From Negaprion brevirostris (taxonomy: Eukaryota): 64,000 nt of DNA. Shown here piece by piece: positions 1 to 12,000 of the stretch (its first letter is position 1; each line of letters begins with the position of its first letter). The position numbers and the translations under genes were made by a program. The notes under the pieces are model-generated. The model had not been told where the DNA came from and did not search any database. It saw only the letters and a program-made list of their open reading frames with translations. The stretch is taken from the NCBI GenBank assembly GCA_030324005.1, contig JARDVH010000073.1:28594072-28658071 (forward strand), given 5' to 3'.

Positions 1-1432
1 AGTTCAAGTCTCTTTCTAACTAAGCACACTAACAGATTGGAGAGGAAAACAAGTCTATGAATCGTGGATAGATTGTTCTAAAGTAAAAGTCATAGTGAAT
101 GTTGAGTGAGTTCTGGATCTCAAGGGAGATACCAAGTTGCTCGCTGTCTACTGAGAGAGGTGAACTGCAATAGACAAATCCTAAAGGAAAAGGAGAAAGG
201 TCAGAACAAGATCTTTAAGTTAAGCCAGGAATCTGAAAAACATCCTGTCAAATGAAAATGAAGAGTGAAAAGTAGAGGGAGACTCCAAGTTTAAAATGAA
301 AAAACTGCAAGAAACAGACTTAAAATAAAATAAATCTGTGAGAAGCTGGAGATCCAAGGGGACAGCCAAAGGCCTGTAACTCATTACTGTGGACCTATGA
401 AGCAGTACTGCTGTGTTGGTATGGCTGAATACTTGAGAAGGTATATGGAAGGTGAAGCTTGGATGCATGTGATGAGAGAGGAATTTCGCATGGGAGAGGA
501 ATATTGGAAGGAGAGATTGAAACCCTGAAGTATACTCTTGTGGAAAGCATCTGGGAGAAAGCGATGTTTGGCAGAAGATTCCAAAGTAAGTACTTTGAGC
601 AATGAGATTGGAAACTGTCTTGAGAAAAACAGCATTCCAGTGGGTTACAATGTGACAAGCATCTGGAGGGCATGGGGAGTTGATGAGAGATCCATAGCAT
701 CGGTTTGGGGTGGCAGCTGTCACTAAGCTTCAGAGTGTGCTGTGTCTAACCACATTGCCTGTTGGTTTACTCGACTGTGTACTTTGTGGGCAGCATGGTA
801 GCAGTGGTTAGCACTGATGCTTCACAGCTCCAGCGACCTGGATTCGATTCCCGGCTTGGGTCACTGTCTGTGTGGAGTTTGCATATTCTCCTCGTGTCCG
901 CGTGGATTTCCTCCGGGTGTTCCTGTTTCCTCCCACAGTCCAAAGATGTGCGGGTTAGGTTCATTGGCCATGCTGAAATTGCCTCTTAGTGTCCTGAGAT
1001 GTGTAGGTTAGAGGGATTAGCGGGTAAATATGTAGGGATATGAGGGTTGGGCCTGGGTGGGATTGTGGTTGGTGCAGACTCGATAGGCCAAATGGCCTCT
1101 TTCTGCACTGCAGGGTTTCTATGATTTCATTGTGAACATTAGAGTGCATGATAGATTTTGTAATTTGTGTAATCCTCACAAATCTGTATATGTCCGTAAA
1201 GGTATAGTAGTGGATGAAGGAATAGTGTAATATTGTTCATCTTTTCTTGTTTAATAAATGTCTTACTCTTTCGTTAAAAGTTCATCAGCGAATTCTACGA
1301 TTCTGTTCAGCAGCTGCTCTCCATGTTTTTAAACAAAAAATATTCAAATCTATCAGGCCTAGTTCCACCTTAGGATCTGACTTGTTCAAAGAGGTAGGAA
1401 GGGACTATAACAGCAGCCATCAACATCATAAA
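1..1432 (+). mobile_element. LTR-like element remnant, cut by the window start and interrupted by a SINE
   Basis: 3' part (ttaaaagttcatcagc...ggatctgacttgttc...aacagcagcc...cataa) resembles 42560-42682. Purine-rich, no credible ORF. Confidence 0.4.
788..1130 (+). mobile_element. HE1-type tRNA-derived V-SINE, full length, CR1-type tail
   Basis: A-box/B-box head (tggttagcac...gattcgattccc), V-domain (gtggagtttgcatattctcc...ctcccacagtccaaaga), tail ...tgcactgcagggtttctatgatt. Confidence 0.9.
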
Positions 1433-3540
1433 ACACAAATACCATTTCTTCACTGCTGATTGCAACATTTGGACCTTCATATGCAAATAAATTGTTTCTG
1501 ACATATACTTTTCATCAGAACTGGAAGATTAATTAATTAAAAGCTTAAATCTCAGTTCCTGGAATAATGTTAGTTTGGATATCTGGCCAACAATCACGAT
1601 GGTTTAGTAGCCTGACCTTGGGTGAGTCAGATTGTGGAAGATAAACATGAACAGACAAACATTGTCCAACACATGCTCTGAGGTACAGTATGTTGTATTT
1701 GCAAAAGAACTTTGGAACTAAATGATGAACTAAAGATTCAAAAGAGAGCAAGTGTTTTTTAACTTCAATTCTCTGTGCAATCTAACTGTAAATATTTATT
1801 TGAGGGTTAGGCGAGTGAGCCACAGGGACAGACTGGAAAGGCAAAAACAATTAGAGTATGGAAAATGCATGACGTTAGTTGTCTGTCAAGATGCAACATT
1901 TTGTTTCTGTACAGCAAAAGGGACCTGTACCCAAGATACACATAAGTGAATTTGTAAGCAAGTGTACTATTTGTACTCCCAGATCATAATATAATTTCAA
2001 TTACTGCTCTTTTTATTGCTAAATTTATGTTGTCACCCATAGCCAATCTGTTCAATTTGTCATCTGAATTGCTGCACCATCGAGGTGCTTGTACATATTA
2101 TTGTCAATTCAACGAATTCCGCGGAATCTGAGTACTGTAAAATGACACAAAATAAAAGTGTCACATGAAAAATAATGATGTCTTGGTCAGAAGTAAATAG
2201 AATCTTGGGAAAAGAAATATGACCCACGGGAGGAACAATGTTGCTCTTTAGGGTTGTTAAACAGATTTGTAACAGGCACTTGAAGCTATCTACAAACCTT
2301 AACTACAAATCACAGAAGTCAACTGATACTATAGGTGAATAATTTAAAACAATCTGCAGCGTAAAATGGAAATGTGGCTGAATGTTCCTGTGTGGAGGAT
2401 CAGATTCTGTGCCTTGAGTGAAACTTAAGTGCATTTGCACTAGAATTCAAACTAGCTCAAGATTAAGCTAAGATCCTGGGAAACTCCTCAAAACAATAAA
2501 ACTTCACTTAAAGCCAGCATTTGACCCATGTATCACACTGTGCATCCTCCATTTTTTGTTATTTAACTATCTGTGTGCTATGGGTTAAACCTAATTAAGA
2601 GCATTAGCTCCAATTGAGTCTTGAAAGTAATTTATCTTATAATTATCTTGTCTAACATGGCCAATTTTTACAAAGGCCATCAGGAAAATGATGTTAACCA
2701 ACCAACAAGTTGTTTAATAAACAAGCAGCAGCACACAGCTGAATAGAACCTATCAAAATAGAACAGAACTTGTTTGGATTAAAGTAGGAAATCAGCCTAG
2801 CAGAAGGCCTCAATAGGGTAAACTTTACTTCTTGAAACAAGTACAATTTTACGCATGTTGATATTGCTTCAACATATCCAAAAACATGCACAGTATTGGT
2901 CCATTAAAATTGCTGTTGCAAGTAGATTGTGCAATATCATGACTTAAACTCTTAAGTATGTAACTGCTGTTTGTTTTTAAATAAGGGATCTCACCAATGT
3001 AGGACTAGCATTGTCTCAATGTTTCTAAACTTCAGTGCATAAATAAATATTACTTCTTAAGCTCAATTCCTATTTTCCACATTTTGAAGTTAAATGGTAT
3101 ACATCAACTTTTTGCACCCAGCATTGAAAGTTGAAGTCCAAACTGAGCTATCAGCCACCTTGTGGTGAAACATTAAAAAAAACTCAGCTTAATAACTGCC
3201 TTTCAGAAAACGTTATTTCTGCCTGTACCATTAACGACGTTATTTCTTATCTTTTTTGTATAAAAAGGGAATGTAGAACACTATCTACACAATTTTAAAC
3301 ATGTAGTTTCTAATCTAAGATCGTGTATGAAAACATATAGAATGCTTGAAAGAAACAACTAATTATTGCTTGCATCTGGAATGGCTAGTTGCTTGAATTT
3401 CAGAAAAATTGTGAACATGTTGAAGTACCAAGAAATCGTCTTAGGTTCTTGCGATTCACATTTATTTTTGCAGGTTTCATGTGATATTGTGCATCCATTG
3501 CCAGAGTCCTAGAACAATTTTAAATATATACCTAAGTGCT

Positions 3541-3626
3541 TCATTATTATCAATCACTATCATAATCATTATTATCATCTTTAACTTATAATAATTACTC
3601 TATCACTATCATCACAATCATCAGTA
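3541..3626. repeat. Degenerate (ATC/ATT)n microsatellite running into a 100-N gap
   Basis: tcattattatcaatcactatcataatcattattatcatc... seen directly. Confidence 0.8.
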
Positions 3627-4019
3627 NNNNNNNNNNNNNNNNNNNNNNNNNNNNNNNNNNNNNNNNNNNNNNNNNNNNNNNNNNNNNNNNNNNNNNNNNN
3701 NNNNNNNNNNNNNNNNNNNNNNNNNNTGTTTCAGAATTTAGGTGGATATTTAGTCACAGATGTTTCACTCAAACTAGGAGCCCAGAATGGTCTCCGAATC
3801 ATGAAGATGCAACTTTCACAACAGTATTAGCCAAGGCTGCTTTCCTCTGTTAGGTGCTAGAAACTGATTGGCCCATGTGTTACTCCGAGACCATCCTTAA
3901 ATTAAAAAGAAACCCTGGATTTTGCTGTCTGCTACCAAAGTGTCCTTAAATCTTTTCTTCCCCTCCTCTTTTATCTACAAAAAGTGCTAGAAGTTCAAGG
4001 ACATCTCCATCATTGGGAC

Positions 4020-5450
4020 TGATACGATTAGAACAGTTTTCTCTTCTGCTTCCCCGTTCTCACTGCACCAGCCTCCCACAACTTCCCCTTGCCTAAGTTT
4101 TGTTCTCACAGCTTTCTCCAGTTTCTTTCCTGTCTTCCCTCATATCCTCTCTGAGCTCATGATGACCACATGATGCAGCTCCAGCACTTTCAACTCAATT
4201 TCTGCTAAACTGTTGACCATCCAACTTCCTTTACTCCCTGCACCACTACCGTTCATGCTAGCTGATATTGTAAATGGTTCCCTATCATCAGGTACTCTTC
4301 TAACTTTTGAAAACTGCCATGATCATTCTGCTCTTCAAACAAAAAACTCTCTCAACCTTTCTGGAGTTCCTGCAACTCCAGGAGTCTCCCCAATCAGTAT
4401 TCTTCCCATTTCACAGCACTGAAATGAAATCATGTCACAAAATGGCATTCTTTATGACTTTGGTGCACTACCCGTCCTGACCACTCTGCAGTCTTTAACA
4501 TGATTGGGCATACTCCACCAACTTCCTACGTTTATTGCCCAGCGGAGACAGCCCTCATTTAGTTCCACGAGATCCACTTTGCAATCACAGCCAGAACAAG
4601 TTCAGTAGTGGCTTCTCTTTCTGCTCTCAACTCCATTACTTCGGAAGTCCTCAATGACTTATCTTTGGCTCCTTCCCCATCTACATGCTGACCATTTGCA
4701 TATATAAAGATATGGTTCCAAATGCATTTTTATGACACCGAGCCCAAACTCTTCACTACTTCTTTCAATACCTATACTCCTTCTGTTTGTAGTACTGAAT
4801 GAGCTGCAAATTCCTCAAATTAAACATGGGAAAGACTGAAGCCATCATTGTTGGCCCCATCACAAACTCTGTATTCTTGTCATCAATTCCATCCCCTCTT
4901 TGAGCACAACCCCAGGTTGAGGCAGGCTGTTTTGTAGCTTCAGTATCCTATCTGGCATCAAGTTAAACTGCAGAATTCATAATCTCTATATCAGAAAGAT
5001 CACATACGTCTGCCACTATAACATCACTTGCCTCCATTCTTGTCTTATCTCATCTTCTGCTGCCACCCTCTTTCATGCTGGTCAGCTCAAGAGATAACTA
5101 TCTTAAACGCCACAATCCATAATCTTGATCTTGTCTAAAATCATGCTGTGTCCTGTCATACCTCTCTGTTTGCTGGCCTACATTTGAGGCACTAGTGGTG
5201 CGAGTCACTGTAAAATTCCCAACTGCATGTTCAAATCCTTTCGTAACTTCAATCCCTCCCCATCTCCATCAACGTCTCCAGCTTTATCATCATGCTCACC
5301 CAACCCAGAAAAACACATTCTTCCGCCAGCTCTGGCCTCTTGTGCATCCACCGATCTGTTTACCTCACTCTTGGCAACTGTACTTTTAGCCATTTAGGCT
5401 GTTAAGGTTTATGAATCTCTCTGCTTTCCAACCTCTCTTGTAGTTTATTT
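4020..5450 (+). mobile_element. Decayed L2-clade LINE (RT region and 3' part)
   Basis: Degenerate equivalents of LDLSAAFDT (~4477), GVPQGSILGP (~4640), YADDTQL (~4730) and LKLNMGKTE (~4813). Confidence 0.7.
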
Positions 5451-6060
5451 TGCAAGTATGTAAATATCATTTCCTGTCAATTGAAAATTACCCTGGGCTA
5501 AAATGGTCTACATCATTGCTGCTGCACCCACTCCCATTCAACTGTAATTTATGACTAATGTGCCTACATGTACTGTTGCAGTGTTTCTCCAATGTGGTCA
5601 AGGGATTTCAAAAAATTTTACACATTTATAAGTCTTTGTGCATATCACATGGGAAGATTAAAAATATATATAGGCTATTCCCATTCAAGCTTCTTACGTC
5701 AGGAGCAAAGACTTATACTGGGATAGAAGCATTATATGGGGACATTTAAATGAACTTTGGTTGCCTTTACTTCTTCAGGCTCAATTGCTTACCATAATTA
5801 ACACAGTTACAGCAGCCTTACAACAGGCCTTGGGTGATTTACATTAAGATTAATGCCTGAATATGAGAGGAGCATTGTAAATTGTCAGGTCACTTTTTTT
5901 GTACATTTTAGAAACAAGTGAGCTCTACAACTTTGTAGTTCGCAATATATTTGAAGTGAAACTTATAATCTCCACTCCTATTCAATACATAATAATATAG
6001 ATATAATCAGTATCGTCTTAAAACAGAGTGAGCCCATTAATAAAATGTAAATGATCAAAC

Positions 6061-6262
6061 CTTCTAAAATCTACAATGAGCTTCACATCAGCTATCACCA
6101 GTTTGTGTTCAACAATCATATGCCCAAGTAGCTTTTCCTGCTCTTCTGCAGGATAGCAATCTTCACAAAATATGCAAGGCAACACCAGTGATGTAAATCC
6201 ATCAGTAATGCAACATGAAGGTTCTGGCAAGGAGAGGGGCTCCAATATCGAGTCTTTTTTCC
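6061..6262 (-). CDS. ZNF277: Zinc finger protein 277, internal coding exon (equivalent to human exon 2)
   Basis: Translation (G)KKDSILEPLSLPE...PCIFCEDCYPAEEQEKLLGHMIVEHKLVIADVKLIVDFR matches the recalled ZNF277 N-terminal C2H2 region (human DCILEPLSLPE...PCIFCEEHFPVAEQDKLLKHMIIEHKIVIADVKLVADFQR). Acceptor ttattttcag|GG at 6262 (phase 1), donor AG|gtttga at 6061, length 202 nt. No further ZNF277 exon recognised in 1-6060. Confidence 0.93.
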
Positions 6263-6747
6263 CTGAAAATAACACAAATTCACTGTAATAATTACATAAA
6301 TACCAATTTCAATCTGCACTATTGAATCGTTTCATTTATTTATAATTCTATCTACTGGAAGGAAGAAAAATTGAAACATTTTGGATGATATGGGATCAGT
6401 ACCACCAACACAACTGTGAAATGCACGAGTGCAGCAAGGGCTAGGGTGGGTGTTGACTCCTGCTCCAAATAACAAGAGGTGCCTGAAGTCAGCACCACTG
6501 TACAAGTTCTAAAACATCTCTGTTCATAGGACATGTCATGGACTGTGTTCTGAAAATGACAAGTTAGATTCTTTTTTTACGTTGATGGAGGAGGAACATT
6601 TTGCACACTAAGGGTAAATTTGTTTCATTAACATGAGGCATATGGTTTACTATTTTTTCCAAAGTTACAGTAAGCAACTGCTTCATAATATAGGAATGTT
6701 CAGTGAACAATTTATGTTTTTGAAAAGTTAGAACTCCTCCAAAACTG

Positions 6748-6836
6748 GGGATAGAGGGATACAAACGGATGAACACATGATCAGTTCAGGCTTGGAGGGC
6801 CGGAGGGCCTGTTCCTGTGCTGTATTGTTTTTTGTA
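6748..6836 (+). mobile_element. CR1 LINE 3' tail fragment
   Basis: ggcttggagggccggagggcctgttcctgtgctgtattgtt; the same tail occurs at 43820-43860 and 54660-54713. Confidence 0.75.
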
Positions 6837-6937
6837 TTACACCATTGTTGTGTGATGTAAAATTCCTGTATTTTGCGCATGTGCAGTGGAAGAAGATTAA
6901 TTTTGATTTTGTATAGACGCTGGAGAATATGTATTTG

Positions 6938-6990
6938 TGTGTGCGTATATATATATATTTATAATATATAGATATATAAAATATATATCA
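6938..6990. repeat. (TA)n-rich simple repeat
   Basis: tatatatatatttataatatatagatatataaaatatatat seen directly. Confidence 0.8.
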
Positions 6991-8132
6991 TTTTCAAAGG
7001 ATTCCATCTCGCTCTCCTTTTTCTTCCACAATTCATTTAAAAGATAAATCAACAAACCTCCAAAGAGAAAACAAGACCAAGACCAATCATTCATAAAAAT
7101 GCTAATAATAGGGTGAGGGTAAGGAGATTTTTGCCTTCCATAAAAGATGATAGGAAAAGGTAGGAAATTGGAATTTGAGAAGATGTTCTTAGTTAAAGAG
7201 TCAACATTGGAAGATGACAGAATAGCCTCCTATAAATTTTGATTTTAATAACATTAAAAAACTCTGAACAATTTTCTTGACTTGTTCCTCTCTCAAGATA
7301 TTAGCTCTTTGCTGGAATATTGTTCCATAGGAAGTTTTTTAGTATCTTGCACCAACAAGTCTTATTCACCAACGGGAAAGAATCAACAGACTATTTGATC
7401 ATGGGCAATTAGTGTTGAGCCTGATTTTGACTTCACATTTTTATTTTCAGCAAATGTCATGAGATTGCAGTCAAAGCAATCTGACTATTTCCTCGTCTCA
7501 TAAAACCAAGATGCCGAGGAAAATTAGAGCGGTGTACAATTGGATCAGCAAACTCAGACCAGACTTGGGATTGAATCATATCCTTTCTGATCTGTGTGAC
7601 ACAGCTTTCCATTGAATTATCAGATAAGCCAATATTTGTAAAATAAATGTGCATCAACAACAGTGACTTAAAACAAAACAATGTTCACTTCAAGTATATT
7701 ATGTAACAAAAGTAGGTTTGCATTTTGGTATCCATAGCCATTTAGTTTCTTAGACTGCTAGTCCTAATTCCACATTTGCTTGGAAAAAATGACTGATGTT
7801 AAAGACTATAGTAGGTGCACTCATTAACACCTATGTTAATTCATCCCAGCTACAATTGCAACATGCTTGCACTCAAAATATATTTTAAGAAAAAGCAAAC
7901 CAGGGAACCTATTCTTTTCACAGGCATTCAAAATGTTTCTAAGGTTTCCCAAAGGGATTCGGGGCAGGGGGTTCTGCATGGGCTGAAGACATGATGTTTA
8001 TCAATTTGGATCTCAGTGATTTCCAATTCAATTTGAGGAATAATCTGGGACTCTGAAACATAGCTCTTCCTTTCTCTCTTTGCAATGAAACTGTACTGTG
8101 CATAAACGTATCTTTGGTAGCCAAACACTCAC

Positions 8133-8154
8133 CATCCCTCACAGACTTTACCAT
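8133..8154 (-). CDS. ZNF277: Candidate ZNF277 start-codon segment (MVKSVRD-G) in a putative exon 8133-8287
   Basis: aacATGG strong Kozak context. Phase-1 donor G|GTGAGT fits the phase-1 acceptor at 6262. Upstream acceptor ttcctattctaccttcccag| at 8287. No homology support. Confidence 0.5.
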
Positions 8155-8519
8155 GTTCTGGCTGTGAAACTGATCTTTTGTGTGCAATGAATGTAGTGTT
8201 GCAATTCTCGCTTATCTTACATTCTTTTCTATCAAGTCTCACTGCAGCTTTGTCATTGATGGTATCAGTGGGTCAGTGCAGAACTGACTGGGAAGGTAGA
8301 ATAGGAAAACTTACTTGACAATGGAGATTGAGATTTGTACTTTTAATTGCACTGGCACAAAAGCAACCTAAAGCTTCCAAAAACACCAGAATAATACAAA
8401 ATCTAAGATAACTGAGTAATGAGACCTGTTACAAATTGTACATTTCAAAATGCTGGGGATATTCAACACCATGCAAGCTGATTAGATAGCATTTAAAAGT
8501 CATGCACATAGGAGCTTAT

Positions 8520-8705
8520 GCGACCTTTAGAATTCTCTGCCCCAGAAAACTGGGATGCTTAGTCATTGCATATATTCAAGACAGAGATTAAGAAATATTC
8601 AGAAACTAAGAGAATTGGGAGAAATGGCAATCGTGCAGCAAGGTGGAAAAGACCAATCATGATTTCACTGGGCCAAATGATTCACATTCTTTGATTCCAT
8701 ATGCT
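8520..8705 (+). mobile_element. Old CR1 3' end remnant
   Basis: gaattctctgccccagaa...tatattcaagacagagatt...; similar to 35340-35520. Confidence 0.55.
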
Positions 8706-8807
8706 GTCAAGGACGCCACCCATATTCTTTAAACACCAAATGAACGCCAGATCCTGGGAAGTAATTGTCATGAACTGCAGGATATTTATCCCTAACCCAG
8801 CTTAAAG

Positions 8808-9085
8808 AGCAGCAGTGGTTAGTGCTACTGCCGCACAACGCCTAATAACCCTGGTTCAATTCCGGCCTTGGTGACTGTCTCCCCATGTCTGCATGGGTTT
8901 CCTCTTCCCAAAGTCCAAAATGTGTAGGTTAGGTAGATTAGCCTTGCTAAAATTGCCTCTTTGTGTAGGTTAGGGGGATTAGTGGGATAAATACATAGGG
9001 ATAAGGAGAGAGGGCAAGAGTGGGATGCTTTCAGATTTAATAGACCGAATGGCCTCCTCCTCCACAGTAATGGTTCTATGAGATT
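8808..9085 (+). mobile_element. HE1-type V-SINE, internally deleted
   Basis: cagtggttagtgctactgcc...ggttcaattccggccttggtgactgtc...gttctatgag; collinear with 788-1130. Confidence 0.85.
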
Positions 9086-9388
9086 CCAACTATTCTCTGC
9101 TGGGTTATGGTGCTCTACATGTCACCTTCCAGCCTTCAATAGCACATGCCTCCAGGATATTCGGCCACCTTAGCCTTTGACAGGCCAATCAATACTTGGA
9201 GTGAATTCCCTTTCATTTGAGACGTCTAACTTTTGCTGTTTTAACAGAGTTTCCCGGTTGCGTACACGGCCTGGCCTTTCCCCTACACCGACTGTGGCCA
9301 CAGTCTAATGGCGGCGCTAAACGCGCCGTAGGCCGTTCCCCCGCGCTCCCTAACATCGTGAACAACTGGAAATGTAGGATATCCCCAC

Positions 9389-9480
9389 CTTATTTAGTTG
9401 CCATTCCCACCGCCGCCATCACACATAGCCCCCCGGGCTCATTCCAGACAGAGGAGAAATGGGAAGTCGCCCGGAAACCA
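9389..9480 (-). other. ZNF277: Putative ZNF277 first exon containing short ORF MAAVGMATK* (9419-9390) followed by donor AAG|GTGGGG
   Basis: Lies in the CpG island, divergent from DOCK4. ATGGCGGCG start resembles the human MAA N-terminus. Phase-1 donor at 9389. The 5' boundary is a guess. Confidence 0.5.
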
Positions 9481-9865
9481 TAACAACGGCTCCGCAGCCA
9501 ATCGCCTCGCGGGCAATGGTGGTGACGCGTGTGGTTTCGCGCGCTGCCCTCTGGGAAGATTGGAGTTCCCGGCTTCGTCTTGGCGCCAGGCCGGCCGGGG
9601 AGGACCACTACATATCCCACTGGCCCCCGCGCGCCCCCTACCTCCTCTCGCTGCACTACAACCCCCAGAACCCTCCGCGGCCGCAATCACGGCCCCGGAC
9701 TACAACTCCCAGCAGCCCCCTGGGCCGCCCGGGTTCCTGCCCGTTTTAGCGGCTGAACAATGGTCCCGCGAAGAAACTGCTTAATAACTAGGGTGCGCTA
9801 GGGGACAAGTTTTATTGTTGGGGAGAAGGGGTGTGGGGGGCAAAACCTATGTACCTGTCTCGACA

Positions 9866-9902
9866 ATGTGGATACCGACAGACAATGAGAAATACGGCGT
9901 GG
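9866..9902 (+). CDS. DOCK4: Dedicator of cytokinesis 4, first coding exon (MWIPTDNEKYGV + phase-1 G)
   Basis: ATGTGGATACCGACAGACAATGAGAAATACGGCGTGG|GTGAGT, 37 coding nt. Recalled human DOCK4 begins MWIPTEHEKYGV (DOCK3 begins MWTPTEEEKYGV). Head-to-head position with ZNF277 matches the human arrangement. Confidence 0.92.
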
Positions 9903-11926
9903 GTGAGTCAATTGCTGTGTATTTTTTTTGTGTGTTTGGTTCCCCATTGCTTCTTTATTTTATCTAAATGTGTTGCATTGCAATGAGTTGATCTGGTGCC
10001 AGTGTCGGTGCAGAGAGCAGCAGAGCGGTATGTGGAGGAAAAACAAAGCTTGGGGGGGGGGGGTGGTGGTTGTAGTATCTGAGCCGACCACCGTAATAAT
10101 GCTGCCGCTTCAATAACGGTCTGCCTGGTAGCAGCTCTCGTCTCTTTCTTTTCCCCTCTCTCCCGTTTTCCTTGTTTGAAAATGCCCTTGCAGAGAGAGA
10201 GACAGGGAGAAATGTTGGATGTTCCCTTTTGCTTTGTGGTCCCGCTGCCTTTATTTCTCAATGAATGTTGTTTCCCTTTTCTCCCTCACCACCCGCCCCC
10301 CGCCAAAATATCACCCCGAGTTTTCTTTCTCTGCCTTTTTGTTTTGTCTTATCTTCCTTGCTATCTTATGTGTCCAATTTGTCAATCACTGTTTTTGTCT
10401 CTTTCCTTATTAAACTAGCTATGGGGGGGGGGGCTTGAGGTGGCAAATGTCCCTTCTTACATAGCTAGAATATACTGCTACTGAAGTGACATTTTTTTTG
10501 ATGTTGCTACCCATTTTATATTTGGCCCGAAGGCTCGTAAGCCTTTCACTTGCTCTCTGCAATCTGGGTCCATGGTCAGAGTTGCGTAAAGTTTTGGGAC
10601 TGATAAGCGATACTGTGCTGATCGGTAAACGCAGAAGATCTGAAACATTCCTCCCCGTTAATTATTAAAAAAAAGAACAAACAACCTTCCCAAAGGAAGC
10701 GGGCTAATTTGATTTTTAATTTGGCGTAGCAACAAAAGCAGTGGATGTTAGCGCCGCATCTCAGTAACACAACAAATCGATGTAGGGTTGATATGAAACA
10801 CGCCCCCCCCCACCCTTTTTTGGGGGGGAGAATTAAAAGAAACAAAACCATGTGAAATGAACGGCAGTGTCATTTTAGCAAATATGCACATCTCAATACA
10901 AGTTCTATTGACTCCCGTTACAAGTAACATTCAACCCAAGCCCTAAGCCAGAGCGTGCAAATGCTGCTGGAGAGCTTTACTGGGAAGGTGAAAGGTTTAT
11001 GTGTCAGGACATTGATCGGGATTTGTTTTTGTGAATGGAGCTCCACAATGAGTCAGGGCTGGTTAATAAGATCGTGCAGATGTCCTTCACGTTATCCAAA
11101 TGTGCCGGATTGTTAATTCCAGCTACTTAAACGCCGACCTTGTGATCTCTTCAAAAGAAATATTATTACCGGGGCGCATCTGGTTTGGCCTGTCGATCAA
11201 TAATGATTGAAATTTCCCTCTGCAAGCTGTGCTGCCAATCACTCGCGGGGATTTAAGAATGTAGCGCAGTTTTTTTAAAATAATATTTTCATCTCAGGTT
11301 CGCCCTCCGTGTGGATTTGGAGCGGGGGAACTGATTTATCTTGTTCAATGTAAACCCTGCAGGAACATGCAATCTCTGCAATAGCGAGGTCAGGATGTCA
11401 ATCGATGTTTCCATCATTCCAGAGAGCATGGGAGTGAAAGTTCCTCTGATCTATTGGGTCCAGTCGGCATCAGCAAAACTCTTGTTTTTCGAAGTGTCTG
11501 GCCGATGAGCTAGTCGCAGACTTGGTAGTTTAGAGCCAACATTTTCGGTTGTTAGTGGGTACAAGTTTATTTCATGTCGAGTAAGTTGATTTGGGCAATG
11601 AATTGTGTGCGCGTTGTGCGACTGAGAACAATCGTGGGCAGGTTTTCATTCACCGTGAAACAAATATGGACCGTGTTTGTGATCTTTCAAACCCAACTGG
11701 AGGGATCAACTTTTATGAATTAATTTCTCTTGCATGCTATTTATCTGTCATCCCTTTTTAATAAACTGGAGACTGGCTACAATACAAATAGACGAGCCAT
11801 CTGCAACGTTCATTGTAACAAAGTTTGTCACTTTGAAAAGATCGCCTGTGACAAGCCAGTGAAAGATAACTTGCCAACTTTATGCATTCGGTTCCTTTCG
11901 GCTCCACAACTATCAATTCTGACGTT

Positions 11927-12000
11927 TTAAAGTTTGTTTATTTATTAGTCACAAGTAGGCTTACATTAACACTGCAATGAAGTTAGTTGAAATTCCCCTA
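11927..12000 (-). mobile_element. 5'-truncated V-SINE tail (type B)
   Basis: agtcacaagtaggcttacattaacactgcaatgaagtta; closely matches the tails at 34540 and 39905. Confidence 0.75.

Larger units (their letters stand above)
9250..9910. promoter_or_regulatory. CpG island / bidirectional promoter ZNF277-DOCK4
   Basis: Abrupt GC- and CpG-rich stretch between divergent starts. Motifs: three ACTACAnnnCCCA ZNF143/THAP11-type sites (9607, 9655, 9699), ETS/GABP CCGGAA (~9471), CCAAT (~9499), E2F TTTCGCGC (~9535), YY1-like ATGGCGGCG (~9308 plus, 9419 minus). CpG enrichment tails off to ~11700. Confidence 0.88.

Noticed and set aside
220-723. 167-aa minus-strand ORF
   Set aside because: Antisense to a purine-rich LTR-like remnant; no resemblance to the expected ZNF277 exon 3 (YILYWRKRF...).
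788-860. tRNA-like A/B boxes here and at other SINE heads
   Set aside because: They are SINE heads continuing into V- or Deu-domains, not cloverleaf tRNA genes.
9217-9784. Six overlapping 75-128 aa ORFs on both strands
   Set aside because: Expected by-product of stop-poor GC-rich CpG-island sequence; Pro/Ala/Arg-rich and no recognisable domain.
9820-10070. G-runs as G-quadruplex elements
   Set aside because: Poly-G tracts are present, but homopolymer lengths are unreliable and such runs are common beside CpG-island first exons.
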